Below, piece by piece: positions 15,379-22,893 of a stretch of 25,170 nt of DNA. Made by a program: the position numbers and the translations under genes. Location: IMG/VR virus record IMGVR_UViG_3300014031_000007, positions 1 to 25,170 of that record, one strand, 5' to 3'. Under the pieces are notes generated by a model. The model did no database searches, was not told the origin of the DNA, and saw only the letters and a program-made list of their open reading frames with translations. Position 1 is the first letter of the stretch; each line of letters starts with the position of its first letter. This DNA is from a virus. Lineage: Duplodnaviria > Caudoviricetes.

Positions 15379-16091
15379 TTTGTGCCTTCCTGTAATGTTT
15401 GTTCGATCTCTTTTTCAAGGTTGGCGAGCGCACGCCACGCTACCTTTGCGCTGTGTCGGATGCCGTCCGTATCCGTGGTACCAGCATCCACCAGGTGCCG
15501 GGTTAAGGCATCCAACTCGTCACCACTCTTGCTGCGATCCCAGTGCAGTGGCTTGCCGGGATTATGCTGTTCATTCCCTATTCTGGAAACTTCCGCGATG
15601 GCAGCGAGTGCGCGCGGAAAGTACCTGATGACGCCACTGAAGATTGGCACAGCCTTGCGCGCCCCGGCATCTGCCGGAAGTGCTGGTGCGTGTGTTCCGT
15701 TGGTTCGTGTTTCGTGAGCCTTCATGCTTTCCTCCAAGTAAATAATTTCGAGACCAAGCGCAACTGCGAGGGCGTGTTCTGCGCAGGCGCCCTTGCTTCC
15801 TTTCCATCCTGGCAGCATAGCGATTGCGTTAGCTTCAAGACAGATGAATGCCGTGTCATCAGCAAGAGCCTCACGCAAACTGAACCCGCAATCTTTCTCA
15901 GCCTGTTCGACGCTGCCAGTGGCGTTACCTTTATACGTTTTATCTCCATGTCGTTCGATGTCTTTCTCGGCTGGATTAAAAACAAACCATCCTTCAAATC
16001 GCAGCTTCGCGGCAGCGGCGAAGAAAGCAGAAAAATTAAATTCAGGGATGCCGCGCATAGGCCCAGCCAGATATGTTTTACGAATAGACAT
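15375..16091 (-). CDS. DUF4406 (nucleoside deoxyribosyltransferase-like) fused to dATP/dGTP diphosphohydrolase (DUF5664-type) domain
   Basis: N-terminal YLAGPMRG...FNPA...MLPGWKGSKGACAE; C-terminal YFPRALAAIAEVSRIGNEQH...DALTRHL...DGIRHSAKVAWRALA. Start ATG 16091 follows ggag and overlaps the upstream gene end. Confidence 0.8.
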   Translation of the reverse strand: MSIRKTYLAGPMRGIPEFNFSAFFAAAAKLRFEGWFVFNPAEKDIERHGDKTYKGNATGSVEQAEKDCGFSLREALADDTAFICLEANAIAMLPGWKGSKGACAEHALAVALGLEIIYLEESMKAHETRTNGTHAPALPADAGARKAVPIFSGVIRYFPRALAAIAEVSRIGNEQHNPGKPLHWDRSKSGDELDALTRHLVDAGTTDTDGIRHSAKVAWRALANLEKEIEQTLQEGTK

Positions 16092-16323
16092 CGCCGTTCT
16101 CCAATGCTTTTTGATTTTCATACTCCGCTACCACGCGGCGATTGAATTCCAACTTGGCTCCCTCGACTGCACCCACGATGTCGTTGATCGTCTGGTAGTT
16201 CTGGGGATGTTCATTCCAGTATTGCAGGATCAAGCTGGTTATCATGTAGTTCAGTTCACCGGCTGTTCGGGGATCGGTGGTTAGCTTCAACCTTTCCCGA
16301 TCTGCGTTTTTGATGTACGGCAT
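16078..16323 (-). CDS. Conserved small phage protein (DUF6899-like)
   Basis: MPYIK..DR...AGELNY.IT...AKLEFNRRVV..YE..K...NGDVY pattern; tightly packed in the operon. Confidence 0.7.
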   Translation of the reverse strand: MPYIKNADRERLKLTTDPRTAGELNYMITSLILQYWNEHPQNYQTINDIVGAVEGAKLEFNRRVVAEYENQKALENGDVYS

Positions 16324-16324
16324 A

Positions 16325-17758
16325 TCACCTTCTCCTCTTCATCGCTTGAAGTAAAATCTGTTGGATGTCTGCTTTGCTCTCGCATCGTTCAATCACCATT
16401 TCATCAGCGGTGTCGCGGGCCACGATGTAATAAACAAAGACAGGGCGGTCGTAGCCTGCTTGCATTTGACGCAGCGGCCCGATGCGTTCGAGAATCTGTA
16501 AGCGGTTCTCTAGGTTCCAATCGTGGCTGAAGTAAACGATAATGTTTCCTCCGTGTTGGAGATTAAGACCATGTCCTGCGGATGCCGGATGCGCGAACAG
16601 TAAAGGGATTTTACCAGCGTTCCAGTCTGATATGGTGTGAGCTTTCTTGTCAAGCTCTCGTCCCTGGGAGAATGCTCTTTTAAGTCTTGCAAGATCGCTC
16701 TTAAAGTGGTAGGCGACAAGGATGGGAAGTCCACCTGATTCGCTGATGATACTGTCGAGGGCTTCAAGTTTAGCATCGTGCACTTCCTTCCATTCTCTGG
16801 CTTTAGGGTGGTTGTCATCATCGACTTCTGGGTTGAGATACACTGCACCACTGGCAAGCTGTAACAACTTTTGCGTTTTGGCTGCAGCATTGAATGCTTC
16901 GATTTCATGGTTCTCGATCTTGATGAATAAATCTTTTTCCATCTCTTGGTACAGCTTGCGCGCCCTGGGCGGCAGCTCGACATAAACAGGAGTAACGATA
17001 GGTTCTTCGAGATCGAAGTAATCTTTCGCGTCTACCGTCAGACACACATCGCGTAAGCGATCCTGAATTTCAGCTTGCGCATGAGGTAGTGGTTGCACTG
17101 AACCATCGAAGTCGCGCTGGAACCAGCGCTGTAGAAAACTTTCGTGAGTGCGCCCCAGCCGGTGCCCGCCGTCGATGAACCATAGCTGGCCCCATAAATC
17201 TTTCAGTCCGTTTGGTGCGGGCGTACCACTCAGTTCAGTGAACCGCTTGATCTTATTGTGCGCAACCTTGCCCAGTGCACGTGCGCGCATCCCACCACCG
17301 CCGCGAATAAACTCTTTGCCTGCTGTGCTGCGCTGGATGCTACCGCGATAGCTTTTCAACTTGGTTGATTCATCCGCAATCACATGCTGGAACGGCCAAG
17401 CATTACCGAAGTGATCGACAAGCCAAGGCAGGTTTTCATAGTTAATTGTAAAGACGGCAGCGTCAGAACGTAAAGCGCGTATTCTTTCGGCGGGTGTGCC
17501 AATGACCGGCACGACGCTGAGGCCACTGAGATGATTCCACACGGCGGCTTCGTCAGGCCACACATCTTTCGCCACACGCAAGGGTGCCATCACCAGTGCC
17601 GGTCTGCTTTCACCGGCAAGGATAAGGCCATCCAATGCGGTCAACGTCGCCACGGTTTTTCCCATGCCCATCCCGGCCCACACAGCCCCACGAGGGTTGT
17701 CTATGATGTGGTTGGCGATGATTGGCTGGTATTCACGCGGGGTGTAGTCCTTCCTCAT
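16325..17758 (-). CDS. SNF2-related DEAD/H helicase
   Basis: GMGMGKT (I), IADEST (II), LSGTP (III), SAGHGLNLQ (V), QILERI (VI). Confidence 0.92.
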   Translation of the reverse strand: MRKDYTPREYQPIIANHIIDNPRGAVWAGMGMGKTVATLTALDGLILAGESRPALVMAPLRVAKDVWPDEAAVWNHLSGLSVVPVIGTPAERIRALRSDAAVFTINYENLPWLVDHFGNAWPFQHVIADESTKLKSYRGSIQRSTAGKEFIRGGGGMRARALGKVAHNKIKRFTELSGTPAPNGLKDLWGQLWFIDGGHRLGRTHESFLQRWFQRDFDGSVQPLPHAQAEIQDRLRDVCLTVDAKDYFDLEEPIVTPVYVELPPRARKLYQEMEKDLFIKIENHEIEAFNAAAKTQKLLQLASGAVYLNPEVDDDNHPKAREWKEVHDAKLEALDSIISESGGLPILVAYHFKSDLARLKRAFSQGRELDKKAHTISDWNAGKIPLLFAHPASAGHGLNLQHGGNIIVYFSHDWNLENRLQILERIGPLRQMQAGYDRPVFVYYIVARDTADEMVIERCESKADIQQILLQAMKRRR

Positions 17759-17982
17759 TGCTTGTTTCTCCGGTAACGAGCCTTCGATACTTTACGGCGA
17801 CACTCCACACAATAACTGGCGTACCCGCCATCAAGCAGTAGCGCTCTTGGATTAACACCATTACACTTCGGACAGCGCGGGGCCTTCCGTGGCGTGCGCG
17901 CAACTTTCTTTGCCGTTCTACGCTTGCGCTTAATTTGCTTCACGTATGACTGACATAGTCCGGCGAGTGTTGGTTCGTTCAC
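17755..17982 (-). CDS. Small basic zinc-ribbon protein (75 aa)
   Basis: GTG start overlapping the upstream TGA, RBS ggag; CPKC...CVEC, Arg/Lys-rich; ATGA overlap with the helicase start. Confidence 0.7.
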   Translation of the reverse strand: MNEPTLAGLCQSYVKQIKRKRRTAKKVARTPRKAPRCPKCNGVNPRALLLDGGYASYCVECRRKVSKARYRRNKQ

Positions 17983-18356
17983 AGCTTCTCCATAGGATAT
18001 AATTCGCAGCTCTCTCCACACTCGGATGAAGCATCATCGAGGATAACATCTTCGTCTTGCTCTACCAACTTGAAGAGATCGTGCGCAGATAGATTCTTTC
18101 TGAAGAAGTGGCGCGGTTCCACTACGTTCCCGTCTCTGTGTAAGACATCTCCCCTGAGGTGATCGGTGCGACTGAGTGGCATATCTGGCTTGACTACCAT
18201 TCCAATTAAAATGAATTGTGAGACAAACCAGATTCCGTTACTGAACACCGCAGCGATGGCATGGTATCCATAGCTGCCAGAGTTCCTTGCTCGACTAACC
18301 CAAGTGAATGCCGCGTTCTGAATTACTAATAGCAAAAACCAAAGTAATAAGTTCAC
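17979..18356 (-). CDS. Chimeric ORF: small membrane-protein N-terminus joined to a NinC/PAPS-reductase-like C-terminal tail
   Basis: GTG at 18356 overlaps the VRR-NUC stop. Hydrophobic MNLLLWFLLLVIQNAAFTWVSRARNSGS...NGIWFVSQFILIG switches to hydrophilic RHFFRKNLSAHDL...SECGESCELY. Confidence 0.6.
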   Translation of the reverse strand: MNLLLWFLLLVIQNAAFTWVSRARNSGSYGYHAIAAVFSNGIWFVSQFILIGMVVKPDMPLSRTDHLRGDVLHRDGNVVEPRHFFRKNLSAHDLFKLVEQDEDVILDDASSECGESCELYPMEKL

Positions 18357-18661
18357 GAGAACACTCTCCGTAAAAGTTGATCGACTTCCTGATATGACGA
18401 TACCCAAGCCACCCGCGTACCTGCTTCGCGCATCCGCTTGTGCTCGCGCGCTTGTGCCGGGGTGGGCCTTTCCCCCGGCGCTTTGAGTTCGACGAAGGCT
18501 GTGAAGGCATCGTGTCGAGGCACAGTCTTGCGGGGGAAACTCATATACCAGTCCGGGGCGTTGCTGCGGCCTTCCCAATGAACCTTTCGCGCGAGGCCAC
18601 CAAGACGCGCCACCTGTTTGCAGAAGTATTTTTTAATGTCTGCTTCTCGGATCACTTTCAT
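18353..18661 (-). CDS. VRR-NUC domain nuclease (Holliday junction resolvase-like)
   Basis: E..I...GG...K...G..PD...FVELKAPG...Q...H PD-(D/E)xK pattern, between the polymerase and helicase. Confidence 0.9.
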   Translation of the reverse strand: MKVIREADIKKYFCKQVARLGGLARKVHWEGRSNAPDWYMSFPRKTVPRHDAFTAFVELKAPGERPTPAQAREHKRMREAGTRVAWVSSYQEVDQLLRRVFS

Positions 18662-18662
18662 G

Positions 18663-20723
18663 CTAGTCCTTTCTATATCGGTATGCCGAAAATCCTGCAG
18701 CGGCCAGTGGCATATCTTTGCACCAACTCGGGTTAGCGGCGAGGATGCTGCTCAGGTGTTCTTCATTGAACTCTTGTGAATCGGGGGCTTCGCAGATAAC
18801 TTCATCATGTACGGTGAGCACGATCTCATAGCCCGCAGCTTCGATGTTTGGCATGGCATCGTACATTATGTCGCGGGCGAGAGACTGGCATACGTTCTCG
18901 AAGCCTTTACCCCCATAGGTGTAGAGCCTTGTCCACTGCCGAGTGTACTGATTCTGGCCCATGTAACTGATCCTGCCAGTGTCGTCGACCTGCGGCGCCG
19001 GGTAGCACAACGCGCGCCCAGAGGGTAGGCCAATGCGCAGCCAGTTCCCATCGCGGCGCAGCTTCAGTTTGCGACAGGTGAAGGTGTTGCCTGGGTTGGT
19101 GATCGCTGCGATGGCCGCTTCCTTCAAGTCCTTCCACTGGCTGGCGATCATGGGGTGTGCCCCGCGCCACATGCGCTTCAACGAGTCACATACACAGAAC
19201 ACATCATCCGTCAAGCCATAAGTCGACCGCCTTTGTTTTCGTACCCATTTCAGATAGCTTTGCACTTCATCCCAAACAGCCGGGGGGATGCTATCGCGCG
19301 CAGCTACCGCCATCGCGTCCAGGTCAATGCTGTAGGTTTCTGCTCCCGTGATGTAGGCACCGACGCCGCCTTCATACCCAAGCATCAATTCCATGACCTT
19401 ACCGATCTGCCGTTGTTTCTTGTCGACCTCTTCATGTGGAACGTGGAAGGCTTTCGAGTAGGCCAGCTTGTAGGCATCCGGCCCAGTGCCCGCATCGTAA
19501 TTGCGAAAGGCTTGCAGCTTCCATTCTTCACCAGCGAGCCATGCCTGCGCGCGGCCTTCGATGTTTGCGAGGTCAGCTACCACCAGCTTCTTGCGAGGGG
19601 GCGCGATGATGCAACCCCGAATGGCTGAACTGGTAAGCTCCATGACGTTGGGATAAAACAAGTCCTCGACGCCATGCTTGATGCAGTCAATTCCAAACTC
19701 GATGTCGTCCGCTTCGAGTTTAGGACGTGGAAGGTTCTGGGGCTGGAAGGTGCGGCCTGCCGCGCGCCGGGTGCGCCCCGCCCCATCGAACTGCAGGGTG
19801 CCACACAGTCTACCGTTAGACCTCACACCGCGCACAAGGGCCTTGTACTTCGATGTGCTGGTTGTGCTGGCCTGCAGTCGGATGCGCAGCAGTTCGCGCA
19901 GTGCTTCAGGGATTTCTGGATCGTTCAGCCTGCGCTCCAATGTGTCGGCCTGTAGATTGGGGAGGTCGACGCCGTGCTCTTCAAGCAGGTACATCAAGAG
20001 CTGGTCGCGCTTGGTGGTGCTTTCGACCCGGCCTTCTGTCATGTCGATGGTTCTGTTCTTCAACACCTTCTGCGCACGCGCTACAGCGTCTATGGCAGCT
20101 TCAGCGAAGGGTAGATCACAGCATAGCCCGCGATCATTCACAAGCTGATCCAGGTGCCATAGCGCGAGTTCCTGGCCGGTATAGTTCCATGTTGGCATCA
20201 GCTTGCTGACGGCACGCATGGCTGTGATGTCACTCTTGGCGTATTCGCAGAACCGCTTCCATTCCTCTGGATGGGTCTTGCTGGTTGCGCGACGGATCAC
20301 GGAATTCTTCGGGCGCGGTTTACAGAACAGCATGATAAGCGCACGGCCTTCCTTGTGCTTCGCTTCATCGTCGCCTATCTTGAAGATGGTACAGAGCTTG
20401 TCCAGTCCACCAGGTAGCGCGTGGGCCATCGCTTGCACCATCGTATCACGCCAGCGATGAATTGGGATATTGATTTTCAACTGCCCAAGGCGCAGTACGT
20501 TGCGGTCAAACATGGAACTGTGCGCTGTGATAGGTTCGTCAGGATCGTCCAGGCAGTAGGATAGATCACCTGGCATGGGTGCGCCGCTTGTGACATCCCA
20601 GAGCTGGACTGGGCCATCGTCGAAGGCGTACGTTGCAATCATCACCTCCGCATTCTCGGCGTAGACGTAGGTGCCGTGTTTGATCGGCACCTCGGAATAG
20701 GTTTCGGTATCAAGCCAGAGCAT
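18663..20723 (-). CDS. Phage family A DNA polymerase with 3'-5' exonuclease domain
   Basis: ExoI LDTETYS, motif A VADLANIEGR, motif B RQIGKVMELMLGY, motif C TVHDE. Confidence 0.95.
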   Translation of the reverse strand: MLWLDTETYSEVPIKHGTYVYAENAEVMIATYAFDDGPVQLWDVTSGAPMPGDLSYCLDDPDEPITAHSSMFDRNVLRLGQLKINIPIHRWRDTMVQAMAHALPGGLDKLCTIFKIGDDEAKHKEGRALIMLFCKPRPKNSVIRRATSKTHPEEWKRFCEYAKSDITAMRAVSKLMPTWNYTGQELALWHLDQLVNDRGLCCDLPFAEAAIDAVARAQKVLKNRTIDMTEGRVESTTKRDQLLMYLLEEHGVDLPNLQADTLERRLNDPEIPEALRELLRIRLQASTTSTSKYKALVRGVRSNGRLCGTLQFDGAGRTRRAAGRTFQPQNLPRPKLEADDIEFGIDCIKHGVEDLFYPNVMELTSSAIRGCIIAPPRKKLVVADLANIEGRAQAWLAGEEWKLQAFRNYDAGTGPDAYKLAYSKAFHVPHEEVDKKQRQIGKVMELMLGYEGGVGAYITGAETYSIDLDAMAVAARDSIPPAVWDEVQSYLKWVRKQRRSTYGLTDDVFCVCDSLKRMWRGAHPMIASQWKDLKEAAIAAITNPGNTFTCRKLKLRRDGNWLRIGLPSGRALCYPAPQVDDTGRISYMGQNQYTRQWTRLYTYGGKGFENVCQSLARDIMYDAMPNIEAAGYEIVLTVHDEVICEAPDSQEFNEEHLSSILAANPSWCKDMPLAAAGFSAYRYRKD

Positions 20724-20974
20724 CAGTCAAAGTCTTCCAGTGTGGCTGCTTCGCTATGGCAGTTATGTTCTATCATTCGATTACCAGGATGAACACGCTC
20801 GGTGTTGAATAGGCGCCATTCGCCTGCGTCGTTCAGGCGCCATTTCACGCCGGTACTCCCACAGAACTTACAGGCAACAGTCTTTGACTTCCAGGGAACA
20901 AAGTACTCTTCGTCACCATCGTAACGATCAAAGTTACCATCGTAACGATCAAAGTTGTCATCGAAGTAACTCAT
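20723..20974 (-). CDS. Small hypothetical protein with acidic N-terminus and CxxC...HxC metal-binding motif
   Basis: ATG 20974 in an ATGA overlap with the upstream ORF; CKFCG and HNC; stop overlaps the polymerase start. Confidence 0.7.
   Translation of the reverse strand: MSYFDDNFDRYDGNFDRYDGDEEYFVPWKSKTVACKFCGSTGVKWRLNDAGEWRLFNTERVHPGNRMIEHNCHSEAATLEDFD
20915..20963 (-). repeat. Exact 21-bp in-frame tandem duplication
   Basis: accatcgtaacgatcaaagtt x2 (+ strand reading) plus partial gtcatcg; encodes NFDRYDG twice. Confidence 0.95.
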
Positions 20975-21144
20975 GTCCACCACGTCCAGTCTGCAGGTTC
21001 CATTTTGAATTCGACAGTAGGATGCTTCTTGCGCATGGTGTCAAGTAGTTCCACCATCAGACTTTTAGAGCACGCGAACACTTGGCCGCGAAGCGTAACT
21101 CTGCGCCATGTGCCATCAATCTTTTTAGCGAAGCCTTCAAACAT
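20971..21144 (-). CDS. Small hypothetical protein (57 aa, absent from the ORF track)
   Basis: RBS aagagga then ATG; MFEGFAKKIDGTWRRVTLRGQVFACSKSLMVELLDTMRKKHPTVEFKMEPADWTWWT; TGA overlaps the next ATG. Confidence 0.75.
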   Translation of the reverse strand: MFEGFAKKIDGTWRRVTLRGQVFACSKSLMVELLDTMRKKHPTVEFKMEPADWTWWT

Positions 21145-21158
21145 TTTTTATTCCTCTT

Positions 21159-21282
21159 GGGGTTTTATAGAGGGCGCTGCGGAAGCAGCAAACCGGGACG
21201 AACCCTGTGCCCTTTATAAAACCCCTTCCTGTTTTTGAGATGGGAAGGGGAACTCTGGACTTATAGGCCAGCAGAGTTTTTT
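21159..21282. ncRNA. Intergenic chain of three hairpins (structured RNA or processing element)
   Basis: 19-nt inverted repeat 21159-21177/21207-21225, ccccttcc/ggaagggg 21222-21229/21243-21250 and aactctg/cagagtt 21251-21257/21272-21278. Confidence 0.55.
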
Positions 21283-21769
21283 AGGGTGCGCCCAGATCGT
21301 GGTGTTCTTCGGGGCCTTCGTTGGTTTTGATTTCAGTTGTGGTATCAGCAGTTGCTTTATCTTCTACCGGAGGTGGTGTCAGAGCTTGAGGTGGAAGGTG
21401 CCCCGCCTCAGTCAAGGCGACGGTCAAAGCCTCGTGAGAAGCGAGTGCGGCTTCGGGGTCTGCTGCCACGAATTCAACTGCAGTTGGGCCAGGCGGGATG
21501 CTGGTGGATAGGTGCCCAGCTTCCGTCAAAGCAGTCGTCAACGCTGCGTGCGCTTCCAAAGCCATGTCGGGTTCTACCGCCACCAGATGCTTGACTTCAT
21601 CTTCCACATCACCAGGTGCCGGAGATTCGACGATACCGTATTGATGTTTGTTGCTGAACCAATCACCAAACTGCCGGACGTGTTCAACGATTTCAGTCTT
21701 GACGGTGCCCACTTCAGCTTCCAGTTCCTTTACCCAGTCCTCAATGTGCTGCCGGATGTCGAGTGCCAT
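21281..21769 (-). CDS. Acidic hypothetical protein with internal 25-aa repeat
   Basis: RBS gaaagga, ATG 21769; VAVEPDMALEAHAALTTALTEAGHL / VAADPEAALASHEALTVALTEAGHL. Confidence 0.8.
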   Translation of the reverse strand: MALDIRQHIEDWVKELEAEVGTVKTEIVEHVRQFGDWFSNKHQYGIVESPAPGDVEDEVKHLVAVEPDMALEAHAALTTALTEAGHLSTSIPPGPTAVEFVAADPEAALASHEALTVALTEAGHLPPQALTPPPVEDKATADTTTEIKTNEGPEEHHDLGAP

Positions 21770-21800
21770 TGTGTTTCCTTTCGATTTAGATTTTAGGGGC

Positions 21801-22125
21801 GAAGTCATTGACTTCAAAAGTGACGGCATGAGGCATTGTGATTTTCATGCTTGTGCTATCCGCACCGCCGCGCCACTTTTGAAGTCCCCTCTTGCGAAGG
21901 GACTAAAGACTGTCTCTCCAATCTGTCACACTTCGGGCAGTTAAAGTCTCGCAGAGTGTCTTGGACTGAACCTGTTACCTTGATTAAACGCTATTATTAC
22001 TTTCGACTCTGCAACGCATACACATGCGACACTGTTGAATACTTAAGGGACAGCACGCACACCATCAAAGTCTTTAAGTGAAGTAGTTCACACTTCTTTT
22101 TCCCTACAAGGATGCAGAGTCCCTC
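21801..22125 (-). ncRNA. Candidate structured non-coding RNA or leader (~325 nt)
   Basis: No convincing ORF. Perfect 13-bp inverted repeat 21810-21822/21874-21886, a 9-bp stem with GCAA tetraloop on the - strand (21883-21904) and further 6-9 nt complementary segments. Confidence 0.6.
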
Positions 22126-22130
22126 AAAAA

Positions 22131-22688
22131 TCAAATGAGGTCGTCGCCAGCAGCACCGGCTGCGGGTGCTTCGAGTGATTCAAACTCGCCTTCATCCGCT
22201 ACGCCGCCACCAGCGAACGCATCACCATCTGCTTCAAACTGAACACCGCGCAGCGAGGCATTGATGCGCTTGCCGAACTTGTTGTCCTGCGCCCACAGTT
22301 CGATGCTGGCGTTCACGTAGCAGCCCGCATAGGGCTTCCCGTCTTGTGCAGTCAGCGGCGACTTGTTGCGGTCGATCACCAGTGGCCGGGTTTTGTTGCT
22401 GGTGTTGACGAAGTACATCCCGCCGTAGCCTTCGTAGTCGGCTTTGGTGTCGCCGTTATGGATGCACAGCTTATCGCTGGCAGCGATTGCCTTCAGCACT
22501 TCATCAGCCTTGGCGCCCCATTCTTCAGTAGCCACAGCGCGGCAGGCATCGGTCACTAGCTTCTTTGCAGGATGATCCGGTGCGAAGATGAACGCGCCGC
22601 CAAACTTTGGATCGCCCTGGCCGTTGACTTGTTGGGCCGTGAAAAGATTAGGGAATGCCAGTCTTACATTTTTCAAAAGCAGTTTCAT
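22131..22688 (-). CDS. DUF2815-family single-stranded DNA-binding protein
   Basis: NVRLAFPNLF, YAGCYVNASI, GKRINASLRGVQF..DGDAF.GG and an acidic C-terminal tail. Confidence 0.9.
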   Translation of the reverse strand: MKLLLKNVRLAFPNLFTAQQVNGQGDPKFGGAFIFAPDHPAKKLVTDACRAVATEEWGAKADEVLKAIAASDKLCIHNGDTKADYEGYGGMYFVNTSNKTRPLVIDRNKSPLTAQDGKPYAGCYVNASIELWAQDNKFGKRINASLRGVQFEADGDAFAGGGVADEGEFESLEAPAAGAAGDDLI

Positions 22689-22701
22689 GGTAGTGCCTTT
22701 C

Positions 22702-22893
22702 TTAGGGTTGGAAAAATTGCGGATAATTACGCTTTGCTCGGCTTACCGCTCTGTCGATACAGACCATCCTTTCGGACAAGTTCGACCGGGATGCAAGTGA
22801 CAGTTCGCGGGCAACGTCAGCCGGTAGAATGCTTGACATACCCAGCTTGACGCTCTGGTTGGGTTTGTAATCCTTTGGGAAAATTGCGCTCAT
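22702..22893 (-). CDS. Small hypothetical protein
   Basis: RBS aggaggt, ATGA overlap with the upstream stop; fills the gap in the operon. Confidence 0.7.
   Translation of the reverse strand: MSAIFPKDYKPNQSVKLGMSSILPADVARELSLASRSNLSERMVCIDRAVSRAKRNYPQFFQP

Noticed and set aside
18357-18578. Long N-terminal extension of the 17979..18578 ORF
   Set aside because: Overlaps VRR-NUC in another frame; the GTG at 18356 coupled to the VRR-NUC stop is the more plausible start.
15375-20723. 2-aminoadenine (Z) genome pathway
   Set aside because: A dNTP diphosphohydrolase domain and a PolA are present, but no PurZ-like gene is in the window; insufficient support.
21801-22125. CRISPR mini-array, tRNA or retron msr-msd
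   Set aside because: No regularly spaced direct repeats, no T-loop/anticodon cloverleaf with tRNA consensus, and no reverse transcriptase nearby.
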